DNA of 64,000 bases from Octopus sinensis (Eukaryota). Location of the stretch: NCBI RefSeq assembly GCF_006345805.1, contig NC_043006.1, positions 102,548,001 through 102,612,000 of the forward strand. Reading direction: 5' to 3'. The number at the start of each line of letters is the position of its first letter. The first letter of the stretch is position 1. A program made the translations under genes and the position numbers. Positions 1-11,034 of the stretch are shown piece by piece. The notes under the pieces are model-generated. The model saw only the letters and a list, made by a program, of their open reading frames with translations, did not search any database and was not told the DNA's origin.

Positions 1-1322
1 AAATATAAGAATGATTTATCAGAAGACTGCAAAAATCTAGCACAATTAAGATTCCCTGAGAGGGAAAAAGCATTCAACAATGGCACATATCATTCTTTAT
101 TGGTTGATATTTAAGATCTACTACTTGATATTGAAGATCGATTTGTCTCAATGGGAGGAGAGGAGCTCAGCAAGTTTGGATTACATGAAACTCATTGAAA
201 TAACATGAATAATTTCATCACTGAAGTTTTGCAAGAAACTTCATATGATATTGAGTCATTAACAAGATTCCTTGAAGAAAATGTTCTGAAACTCTTGCCA
301 AATCAACAACTTGCATTTACAATCATTGACCAAGTGATATATAAGAGAGGAGGATTATATTTTTTAGATGCGCCACAAGGAAAATCTTTTGTTACAAATT
401 TAGTGCTAGCCAAAGTCTGGTAGAAAAAGGAAATAGCCTTAGCTGTAGCAAGCTCTGGAATTGCTGCGACTTTGCTTCCAGGAGGTCGAACACTTCTCAC
501 AACATTCAAGCTGCCATTCAATCTAACTTCAAATGATGAACTTGTCTGCAATATTAGTAAAAGTTCTTTTTTAGCTCAAGTTCTTTGATCATATGGGATG
601 AAGCTACAAAGAAATTAGTAGAAGCTGTTGACAAAATGCTGCAGGATTTGCACAGAACCAATTGTTTGATGCAAGGTGTGACAGAAGTACTTTCAAGTGA
701 TTTCACACGAATTTTGCCTGTGCTTCCCAAGGGAACAAAGGTGGATGAATTGAAAGCATGCTTGAAATCTTCTATTGTATGGAAACATATCAAGGTGTTA
801 AAGCTTTCTGCAAATATGAGGACACAATTTGTATGGGAATCATCTGTCAGAACAATTTGCCCATACTATTTTTCAACTTGGTGAAGGAAGGCTAGGCATC
901 AATCATGAAGGTGACTTGATTCCATAAAAAATCTGCAACTTGGTCAGCTCAGTTGAGGAATTTATTGCAAAAGTTTTCTCAAGTATAATTTCAAATTACA
1001 CAAATGTTGCTTGGTTGTGTGAAAGAGCAATCATGGCACCAAAGAAATTTTACTGTGAATAATTTAAATGAAAGATTCAAGAAACTTTTACCAGGAAACG
1101 AACATACTTACAAATTTATAGACTCTGTTGTGGATGAATTGGAAATAGTCAATTACCTGGTTGAGTTCTTAAACTCACTGTAGCCACCAGGAGCTCCTCT
1201 TCATTGCCTTCCATTGAAAATAGGTTCTCCAATTATGCTTCTGCACAACCTTCCTCAACCAAAGCTGGGCAATGCCACAAGACTTGTTGTCAAGAAATTA
1301 ATGAGAAATGTCACACAGGCCA
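1..1322 (+). mobile_element. Degenerate Helitron Rep/Hel PIF1-type helicase (central part)
   Basis: FLDAPQGKSF (Walker A remnant), [70 protein letters not shown] across frameshifts and stops. Confidence 0.9.
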
Positions 1323-1323
1323 C

Positions 1324-2870
1324 AAGCTTTCCTTGTCTCATCACCATTGTAGCACATTTTGAGAGTCCAGACTCCATCTTAATATCATTGGAAAAAATCC
1401 ACACAGACTGGACTAGGCTGCCTAGTTCTACCTTAGTTTTTGTGAATAGCTTCAGGTCGTCCATGAATAGCAAGTGGTTTAGTTTTCCCTTACCTCTTCC
1501 CAGATCATACCCCAACTTTGTTTTCTGTAGTATTACACTCAAGGGGATCATTCCCAACATGAATATCAGTGGGGACACACTGCCCCTAGAAAATTCCTCT
1601 CTTGATTTTCACCTGTTCTATTACTTGCTTCCATTCTCTGATATTTCATACTATTCCATATAAGGCTTCTCATATTCTCTGCTACTCCATACCTTTAAAT
1701 TGTTCTTATTATCCAGGAGTGTGGTATCATCATATTCTTTGTGATAGTCAACCCATGCCATGCTCAGGTTTCAATGTCTTATCTTGCAGTTCCTGATAAT
1801 CAGTTTATCAATTAAGAGCTGATCCTTCATTCCCTGGATCCCTTTTCTGCACCCTTTCTGTTCAATGGGTAGCAGCCCACTTTTTTCCCAAGTATCTGTA
1901 CAGTTCACGAGCCAAAGCACCTGACATTAGTTTCCACATTAACAGAAGGCATGTTATTGGTCTAAAGTTGGATGCAACATTTCCCCTTTCAGGATCCTTG
2001 GCACATAACAATGTCTTTCCCTTTGTCATCCAGCTGGGTCCTGCACCTTCTTGCAAGCATTCATCTAGCTGTTCTGCTATCCTTTCATGGAGGCCTCTCT
2101 GCTTCTTCATCCAATAACTTTGGACCCCATCCAGTCCTGGGCTCTTCCAATTTGGGAATTTTCTTAACTGCTTTTTTATATAATTTCTGTAGTTATCTTT
2201 ATATCTTCTTGGACTTCTATATTTCTCACCCTATCTTGGTTTCCATGCAGCCATTCTGCTTCACCATTATGCTCTACAGGTTGGTCCCAGATCCCTCTCT
2301 AGAATGCCTTGCTTTCCTCTGCATTTTGTCTCATTGTTACCTGTATTTGCCCATCTAGTTCCAGAAACAGTTTCTTCTGTTTTACTTCAAACTGTCTTTT
2401 TCTATTCTCATATCTTTCCAGTTTTGCTTTGATTGCTGCTACTCTTTGTTTCAATATCACATCATAACCTTTATCTCTAATTCTAAATGTTCTTTCCATG
2501 CCATTCCCCTCTTCTCAATCTACCAACTTGTCTTAAATATCTTTTTAACTTTGTTTGTTTCTCACAAATCCGTCTATGCCACTTTGGTTCTTTACCTTCT
2601 CTTTGTTCTTTTCTTTTGTACCCACCTCTTGTCTTCAGCCCAAATAATCTTGTTAGCTTCAGTTATATTTCTAGTCTGGATTAGCCCAAGAACTGAACCT
2701 ATCTCTTTGGTTTCAACCTTGATCTTGCATCGGTCAATGTACCTCAGGTTGGGGGTGGGTGTTTGATCCTGGTCTTCTCTAATATATCGACACAGCCTCC
2801 TCACTATGTCTTGTTTGTCATCATCGTATTCTTGTGATATAGCCTTTCCTATTCTGCTTCATTTGCTGAG
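1324..2870 (-). mobile_element. R4/Dong-type non-LTR retrotransposon fragment, family A (N-terminal region plus RT, 3' truncated)
   Basis: [28 protein letters not shown] and SKCA RT motifs in ORFs 1862..2110 and 1255..1578; abuts the Helitron at about 1323. Confidence 0.85.
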
Positions 2871-2881
2871 AATGTGTTTAC

Positions 2882-5420
2882 ATTTATTATTATTGTTATT
2901 ATTATTATTATTATTATTGTCTTTGCACAGCTTCTATCGCTGTAGATGTACTACCAGTGAACTGAGGTAACATCTCATATTTTTCAAGCACCTTCCAGAG
3001 TATTCAAGTAGTTCCAAGCAGTGCTGTTTTCTGCAAGTGCTTCACCCTTATTGTAGTCCCTATTTGTTCCACGTACTTCTTGAGATTTTTGCTCACTGTT
3101 CTCAGGGCTCTGACAATTATTGGCTTTTTTTTCTTCCTTATTGCATACCTTGTTGTCAGATGGACATGATATATCTATGATCCAGCATATTTTGTTTTCT
3201 TTCTCAATTAAGAATATGTCTGGCTTCCTATTCTCAATCTCATGGTCGCACTGAATCATGAAATCCCATCGGATCTTTGCATTTCTATTTTCGACAATGC
3301 CTTCAGGTTTGTGGTTGTACCAATATTTTGCTCTGTCAAGTCCATACTTGTTGCAAAGTGTCCAATGGACAAGCCTGGCTATATTGTCGTGGTGTCTCTT
3401 ATATTCCTTCTGGGCTAGTGGCGTACATTGGCTGGTAATATGCCATAGTTTCACCGTTTTGTCCACGGATTCTGCACTTATCACTTTCTGTTGTGTTGTC
3501 TATTCTGTATTTTATGTAGTCTGTTCTTAGTGCTTGCTCTTGAGCAGCACAGATTAGAGTCTCCATTTCCAGTTTTAAATCACTTTTAGTCATCCACAGC
3601 CATCTTTTCCCCCTGTCTGTCTTATTTTCAACATCCCTATGAAATTTTCTATGTATTCTTTTCTTTATCCACCCATTTTCAGTTTCATCCATTCTCAAGT
3701 GCTTGTATAGTGCTTTATCTTTGCAATCTTTCATCCTAAACAAGCCTGACCTTCCTACTTCTAACAATAGCGGTTCTGTGGCATTTTTTACATACCATGC
3801 TATATGTTTGTTTTCTTCTGCTCTAATGCTGTGTTCGCATCCAATAAGTCCTCTTCCCCCTCTTTTTCTTGGTACATACAGTCTGTCTGTGTCAATGTTT
3901 GGGTGGAGTGACCCATATCTAGTTAGCAATTTCCTTGTCTTTCTGTCTAAGTTGTTTATTTCGTCTACTGTCCATGCGATTACACCTGCTCCATATTTAA
4001 GGAGTTAAACTGCCCAGGTGTTGATAGCTTCGATCTTATTCCGTCCGTTTAGTTTCGACTTCAGGATCAGTCTGTGTAAGTACTCCACCTTAAATTTTTC
4101 TGTCATTTCTTTCTCCATCAGTTTATCCATTTCCAAAATCCCCAAGTACTTATATCTTGCCTCTTCTATCTGCTTCATAACCACCCCCGGTGGTATCATT
4201 AGCCCGTCCATACATTTGATTTTGCCTCTCTTCAAGACTAACACACCACACTTTCTCATGTCCAAACTCCATCCTGACATCAGCACTGAAACTATACACC
4301 GTTTCATTGAGGGAACTGAATTGGGCTTCATCTTTACCATAAAGTTTGAGGTCATCCATGAATAACAATTGGTTGACTTTTTGTTGACAGCTTTTGAATA
4401 CATACCCAGCTTTTGCTTTCCTCAGAATCAGTGCTAGTGGTATCAAGCACAGTATAAAGATCAGTGGGGACAGGCAGTCCCCTTGAAAGATGCCCCTCCT
4501 AATTCCTACTGTCCCTAAACTTCTTCCATATGCTGTCAGGTCTGTCCTCCAATTTGCCATACTTTTTCCAACCAATCGCTCAACATTCAATGCAATACCA
4601 AATAGGTTCATACATTCCATAATCCAAGAATGTGAGATCATAACATATGCCTTACAATAGTCGATCCATGACATGGCTAAGTTACTTTTCCTCCTCTTGC
4701 AGTCTCTAAGTACAGTTTTGTCTATCAGGAGTTGATCCTTGGTACCTCTACACTTAGGCTTGCAACCCTTCTGCTCATGTGGCAGGACTCCATTTTTTCC
4801 AGGTGTTTGTACATTGACTCTGCAAATATTCCAGTCAATAACTTCCACATAAGTGGCAAACAGGATATCGGCCTGTAATTGTCTACCGTATTGTTTTGCA
4901 ATGTTTTTCAGGCACAGCAGTCCTACCCAATGTCAACCACTCTGCTGTTACTTGGTCGGCATTTAACAAGGTGTTGAGTTGCGCAGCTATTCGTGCATGA
5001 CATTCACCAAATCTTTTGGTCCAGTAACCTTGAACTCCATCTGGTCCCGGGGCCTTCAAGTTACTTATTTTTTTGCTGATTTTCTTCACTTCCCAAACTA
5101 AAATAATTAGTTCTGCCTGTTTGGTGAAAACAACTGTTTGTTTCAGTTCTTGCAACCATTCAGCATCCTTCTTGTGCTCCTTGTCTTTCTTCCAGATGTC
5201 ACTCCAAAACCTTTGACTTTCAATGTTATCAGGTATCAACTTTTCATCTGTACATTCTCCATTTATTTCTTTCAAGAGTCCCTTCTGATCTAATCTGAGT
5301 AGCCTATTCTGGTGGTAACCTTTTCATTCTTTGGTCGTATCTTCCCATCTTTGCAATGAGGCACTGTTTTAGTTCCTCCATTACTACTTTCAGGCCCTTT
5401 CTTTCAATATTAGTTATCTA
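2882..5420 (-). mobile_element. R4/Dong-type RLE non-LTR retrotransposon, family B (5' truncated; RT, Zn knuckle, PD..D endonuclease, (TAA)n tail)
   Basis: [76 protein letters not shown]; 3' end runs into (ATT)n at 2882-2920 on the plus strand. Confidence 0.92.
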
Positions 5421-5940
5421 CCAGAAGTCACAATTCAATATTACAGCAATTTCTGTGTAGAGAGGATAGGAAGACTTTGAGAAGGAAATTTGTCTATGCT
5501 CTCCACGGACACTGAAGCTCACACAAAGTAAATTTATGGAAGTACATGCTATCTAATTGTTCCTTCCATAAAATCACAGTATAATTCCGGAATGACTTGT
5601 TATTGTGCTGTGCTGTATTCAAGTCCATCCCACATCATGTATGAGGCTGGAGAAAATAAAGGGAAACGCATCCAACTGAATATTCACTCTCAGACTGGAT
5701 TGAACAAATATCTTGGTTTGTCTTTGTTGAATTAATTTATTAATTTATTTTATATTTTATTCATTTATATCATTGTGTCGCTAATGTCTTCAAATTAAAC
5801 ACTTGCAACATTCTATGAATAAAATATTCAGTAAATTAACCACACAGTTCGAGGTCATGTGACCTTTTGATAACTGGGAGACACAAGAACTCACCCACTC
5901 CTATGAAGCTTTTAAAAAATTGTCAAAACACATAACTGTA

Positions 5941-5987
<47 letters not shown>

Positions 5988-6019
5988 ACACACACACATA
6001 TATATATATGTATGTATGT

Positions 6020-6256
6020 ATCTATTTCTTTATTGCCCACAAGGGGCTAAACATAGGGGGGACAAACCAGGACAAGCAAAGGGATTAAGTCAATTACATT
6101 GACTCCAGTACGCAACTGGTGCTTTTTTAATCAACCCCAAAAGGATGAAAGGCAAAGTCTACCTTGGCAGAATTTGAACTCAGAACGTAAAGACAGACGA
6201 AATACTGCTAAGCATTTCGCCCGGTGTGCTAACGTTTCTGCCTGCTCGCCGCCTTA
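6020..6256 (-). mobile_element. SINE family A copy (others near 20648, 23190-23700, 29700, 31200, 33255, 35000, 57490-57920, 58300, 60390-60680, 63220)
   Basis: Same head, core and tail as 12910-13129. Confidence 0.85.
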
Positions 6257-6291
6257 ATGTATATGTATGTATATATCAGACGGCTTTTAAG

Positions 6292-7060
6292 CTAGCTCCT
6301 GTGGAGGGCTCTTCACTGGGCCTTGGACCCAACAATGACACTTCATGCATCGAGTACATATTAGATTTTATTAAACTTGAACAATATTTTATGAACAACT
6401 AGCAGTATCGCCCGGCGTTGCTCGGGTTTGTAAGGGAAATAACTATATAAGCATTTTTAGAGATGTAAAGTATAATAGCCATCTCAATATGGCTAACCAC
6501 AAAGGGGGGGGGTGTTACTGTAGCTTTTTACGTTCTGAGATTTAATAATACATTTTTAGATAGTTACTTCCCTTATATATGCCAAAAATGCATTAAAAAT
6601 GGGAAAAATTGATTGTAAATTTTTTTTAATCGTAGACTCATCGTAGACGCGCGCTAATACCCAGAAGGGCTCGATATGAATCACGACTATAAGATACCCG
6701 GTTTTGGTTAAACCTCACCGCAAAATGTGGGAGTAGTTAGGAATCTAAATCGTAGGAGACAGACAGCTCACAACCTTACCTTTATATATAAAGATTAACA
6801 GTTTTCATCAAAACAATGGTATAATTTGTCTATTTGGACCTTATTGCAAAGCTGCATGATAAACAACATTTTTGTCTTCCCATTCAGGGTCAGTACAAGC
6901 AGCTTGTTTCCGTTCCCAACCTTTGAACAACCAACGTTGAGCTGGCCATGAGAAAAGCAGGACTCTATCAGATGAAGCCCAATTATTTTCAGTGATTGTA
7001 CTTGGGACCAATTGATTGACACTGCATAGCTCATTCACTGGAAACTGAAGTCTTTTGAAC
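6292..7060 (-). mobile_element. Helitron helicase C-terminus and probable 3' end, interrupted by a non-autonomous Helitron
   Basis: FKRLQFPV..YAVSINWSQVQSLKIIGL..CFSHGQLNVGCSKVG (PIF1 motifs V/VI); downstream GC-rich dyad and CTAG at 6295-6292 on the minus strand. Confidence 0.75.
6399..6794 (-). mobile_element. Non-autonomous Helitron, 396 bp, intact termini
   Basis: On the minus strand: A|TC...CCCGAGCAACGCCGGG hairpin...CTAG|T; a near-identical copy is at 52681-53079. Confidence 0.88.
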
Positions 7061-7129
7061 TATCTCCATAACGACTGGTTGCCCATTAGCATCAATGCTG
7101 CCGATTTGCACTGAATTTTGTTCAAGCCA

Positions 7130-7269
7130 AGCATCACATATTGCTCAAAAGAAATTACTCCAATCTACGATCATAGTTCTACTTTGTATAGAAGATTCAT
7201 GCATCATATCATTTTCACTATTTGCAGGTGCTCTAGGAATGTAACCGCCACGAATACCAGGGGTCTACT
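7130..7269 (-). mobile_element. Possible Tigger/pogo-like terminal fragment
   Basis: Minus-strand start CAGTAGACCCCTGGTATTCGTGGCGGTTAC next to a TA run resembles pogo-type termini; the other end was not found. Confidence 0.35.
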
Positions 7270-7323
7270 GTATATATATATATATATATATACACACACA
7301 TATATATAATATATATATATAAT

Positions 7324-7358
<35 letters not shown>

Positions 7359-8063
7359 TGGTGAAGCACGACCTTCGAACTTTAGGTCTCACTGAGGAAA
7401 TGACTAGAGACCGAGACCTCTGGAAGTGTGCTGTGCGCGAGAAGACCCGGCAGGACAAGTGAGTCCACAACCCGTGGCCTTCTACATGGGATGGAGCCAG
7501 CCTACGTATGCATACCTTCCCTTCTTGGGACACAAAACTCTACTTGTGAAGACGTGTTGAGGCAAGTGAGGATCAGAATCGAAATCGATCAATGGAAATT
7601 GCGGATGTGCTACCAGTGCCGGTGGCATGTCGAAACTCTGCTTGTGAAGACCCATTGAGGCAAGTGAGGATCAGAATCGAAATCGATCAATGGAAATTGC
7701 AGATGTGTTACCAGTGCCGGTGGCATGTAAGAGAACTTTCCGTTTCGCGACCGTTGCCAGCACCGCCCCGTTTCGTGTCCGTTGCCAGCCTCGCCTGGCC
7801 CTCGTGCCGGTGGCACATAAAAAGCACCATCCGTTCGTGGCCGTTTGCCAGCTCTGTCTGGCACCAGTGCGGGTGGCACGTAAAAAGCACCCACTACACT
7901 CACGGAGTGGTTGGCGTTAGGAAGGGCATCCAGCCGTAGAAACACTGCCAGATTTGACTGGGCCTGATGAAGCCTTCTGGCTTCACAGACCCCAGTAGAA
8001 CCGTCCAACCCATGCTAGCATGGAAAACGGACGCTAAATGATGATGATGATGATGATGATGAT
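7359..8063 (+). mobile_element. RTE-clade LINE 3' end with subrepeated 3' UTR and (GAT)n tail
   Basis: VKHDLRTLGLTEEMTRDRDLWKCAVREKT* is a typical RTE ORF2 C-terminus; (GAT)n tail; second copy of the 3' part at 9257-9596. Confidence 0.75.
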
Positions 8064-9256
8064 ATATAATGTATATATATTCCTTTATTCATTTGACTGA
8101 TTTTGTCAAAATATATTCTTTTACATGTTTCAGTCATGACTGTGGCCACTTTTGCCAAAGCACTAAGTTATGGGGGATGTAAACACACTAACATCAGTTG
8201 TCAAGCAATGGTGGGGGAACAAACACAGACACACACATATATACAACAAGCTTCTTTCAGTTTCTGTCTACCAAATCCACTCACAGAGCTTTGGTTGACC
8301 TGAGGCTTTGAATTACTTTGAATTACTTGAATTTCAACACTGCATTTCTTATCAACCTCACAACTAGATAATGAAAAAACAGAGCCCAAATCTTAGGCTG
8401 ATTACTCTTCATAATAATTGAGCTTTTCTAGAATTTTCCTATTGTAACAAAACAATGTTCTGAAATTAATTAACAAATGTTCTTATCAGGAATATGGGAC
8501 AAAACACTGTTATCGCAGTGGCAATGAAGCTTTGTGTTAAGAAGAAATGAGGAGAAAGTGTTTATAAGAAATATTTTTTAATTTTTGTTTCAGTAATTTT
8601 GACTGCAGCCATGCTGGAGCACTGTCTTTAGTCGAACACATCGACCCCAGGACTTATTCTTTGTAAGCCTAGTACTTATTCTATCGGTCTCTTTTGCCGA
8701 ACTGCTAAGTTACGGGGGATGTAAACACACCAACATCGGTTGTCAAGCGATGGTGGGGAACACACACACATATATATATATGCGATGGGCTTCTTTCAGT
8801 TTCCGTCTACCAAATCTACTCACAAGGCTTTGGTCGGCCCGAGGTTATAGTAGAAGACACTTGCCCAAGATGCCACGCAGTGGGACTGAACCCGGAGCCA
8901 TGTTGTTGGTAAGCAAGCTACTTACCACACAGCCACTCCTCCACCTGTATAATTGATTAAAGTAACATTACGCTGTATTATTGTTATATATTACTATACC
9001 ATACTGGTACTCTTTATTATTATTATATGTTACTATACATTACTGATATTCTCAACAATTAACTCAGAACAAGACAAAGCTGATTTCTGAGATTCTATCT
9101 CACAATTTAGAAAAGTGCTTGATAACCATTTTTGTCTAGTTCCCAACTTCATTTCTCTCCCCCAAAAATGTTTTCCCTCCACACTGAATGGACAAGTCAG
9201 TATATATAAATATGAATATACACATATCTATCTGTTTGTCTGTCTATTAATAATTA

Positions 9257-9596
9257 GCACTGCCTCGACTGGCTTCTGTGCCGGTGGCACATAAAAAGCA
9301 CCATCCGAACGTGGCCGTTGCCAGTGCCGCCTTGGCTGGCTTCCATGCTGGTGGCACGTTAAAAGCACCAACCGATCGTGGCCGATGCCAGACCCCCCTG
9401 GCACCTGTGCAGGTGGCATGTAAAAAGCACCCACTACACTTGTGGAGTGGTTGGCGTTAGGAAGGGCATCCAGCTGTAGAAACACTGCCAGATCAGACTG
9501 GAGCCTGGTGCAGCCCCTGGCTTCCCAGACCCCGGTCGAACTGTCCAACCCGTGCTAGCGCGGAAAACGGACGCTAAACGATGATGATGATGATGA
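9257..9596 (+). mobile_element. RTE-type 3' end or associated short element, (GAT)n tail
   Basis: Shares the ggagtggttggcgttaggaagggcatccagc...ggaaaacggacgctaaa(c/t)gatgat end with 7359-8063. Confidence 0.75.
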
Positions 9597-10278
9597 GTGT
9601 GCATGGGTTAGTGGCTAGGGTGTTGCACTTATGATCACAAGATCAAGGTTTCAGTTCTTGAGCGAAACACTTCTTCTCGTGTTGCTCTGTGATCACTTTG
9701 ACCCTTGAGGTGTGGTACACCATGCACCTGCCCAGGAAATGTTGATTTGATGGAGAGAGTTAGCTAAGGTACAGCACAAATCATATGTGCAGGTCATCTG
9801 GCAAAAGTTGAACACTCATACATGATCTTCAATAAGAGTTTGTTATGTGCATGCATGTGTGTGTCAATATATATATATATTCTTTTTTTTTTACTCTTTT
9901 ACTTGTTTCAGTCATTTGACTGCGGCCATGCTGGAGCACCGCCTTTAATCGAGCAACTCGACCCAGGGACTTATTCTTTTGTAAGCCCAGTACTTATTCT
10001 ATCAGTCTCTTTTGCCGAACTGCTAAGTAACGGGGACATAAACACACCAGCATCGGTTGTCAAGCAATGCTAGGGGGACAAACACAGACATACAAACACA
10101 TACATATATATACATATACGATAGGCTTCTTTCAATTTCCGTCTACCAAATCCACTCACAAGGCTTTGGTCGGCCCGAGGTATAGTAGAAGACACTTGCC
10201 CAAGGTGCCACGCAGTGGGACTGAACCCCGGACCATGTGGTCGGTAAACAAGCTACTTACCACACAGCCACTCCTGCG

Positions 10279-10325
<47 letters not shown>

Positions 10326-10645
10326 AAGAGTGAAAAAACTACAGAAGGCTTGTGTTATATGGTTAAAGAATATATTTAAGTCATTATGTTAGAAAAATGT
10401 TATAAAATTTTGCGTATAGTAACATAGTTTTTGGAGAAATAACCAGTTTCGTATTTTCTTTTCAAATTTCTCAAATTTCTTTACCTACATCGTGTCATGT
10501 CTTCACAATGTTGTGAAATATGGAGTTCCAGGCAGGGGAAGGTAATCAGGGATTTTTTCCTGTATAAGGGAGATAATCAAACATGTTGGGAATGACTATA
10601 AAGTGACAATGACTTCTGAAGATAAAATTGGTTATCACTATTAAA

Positions 10646-10813
10646 TTAACTTCCTTTGTTAATTACATCCATTTGAGATTTTCCAAGTTTGAAAAAGAAC
10701 CAACCATCATCGTTAGACATATTAAATGCTTCAAAATATTTGGTAATGTTTTCAAGATAGTTGTTGTTCCCCACAGTCCATCTTATGTGGTCACACTCTT
10801 CCTGTACAGACAT
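10646..10813 (-). CDS. SAT-like gene terminal coding exon 5 (168 bp including TAA)
   Basis: Acceptor atttctatattcAG; MSVQEECDHIRWTVGNN..AFNMSNDDGWFFFKL corresponds to VAMRCRCSSMHFLVAEWN..ASDLSSEEGWRLFKI. Confidence 0.88.
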   Translation of the reverse strand: MSVQEECDHIRWTVGNNNYLENITKYFEAFNMSNDDGWFFFKLGKSQMDVINKGS

Positions 10814-10993
10814 CTGAATATAGAAATATATCTACTTGAAATTATACTGGTGGAGTTGTACACAATGAAAGAATGGAATAGACACGTTTTTTAATAGTTT
10901 GCTAAGAAGGAAGAAGCAGCATCCATAGGCTTCACAAACTCCAAGAGAATGGTAAGAGTGAAAAAAGGATACAGTTGACACACATGCATAAAC

Positions 10994-11034
<41 letters not shown>

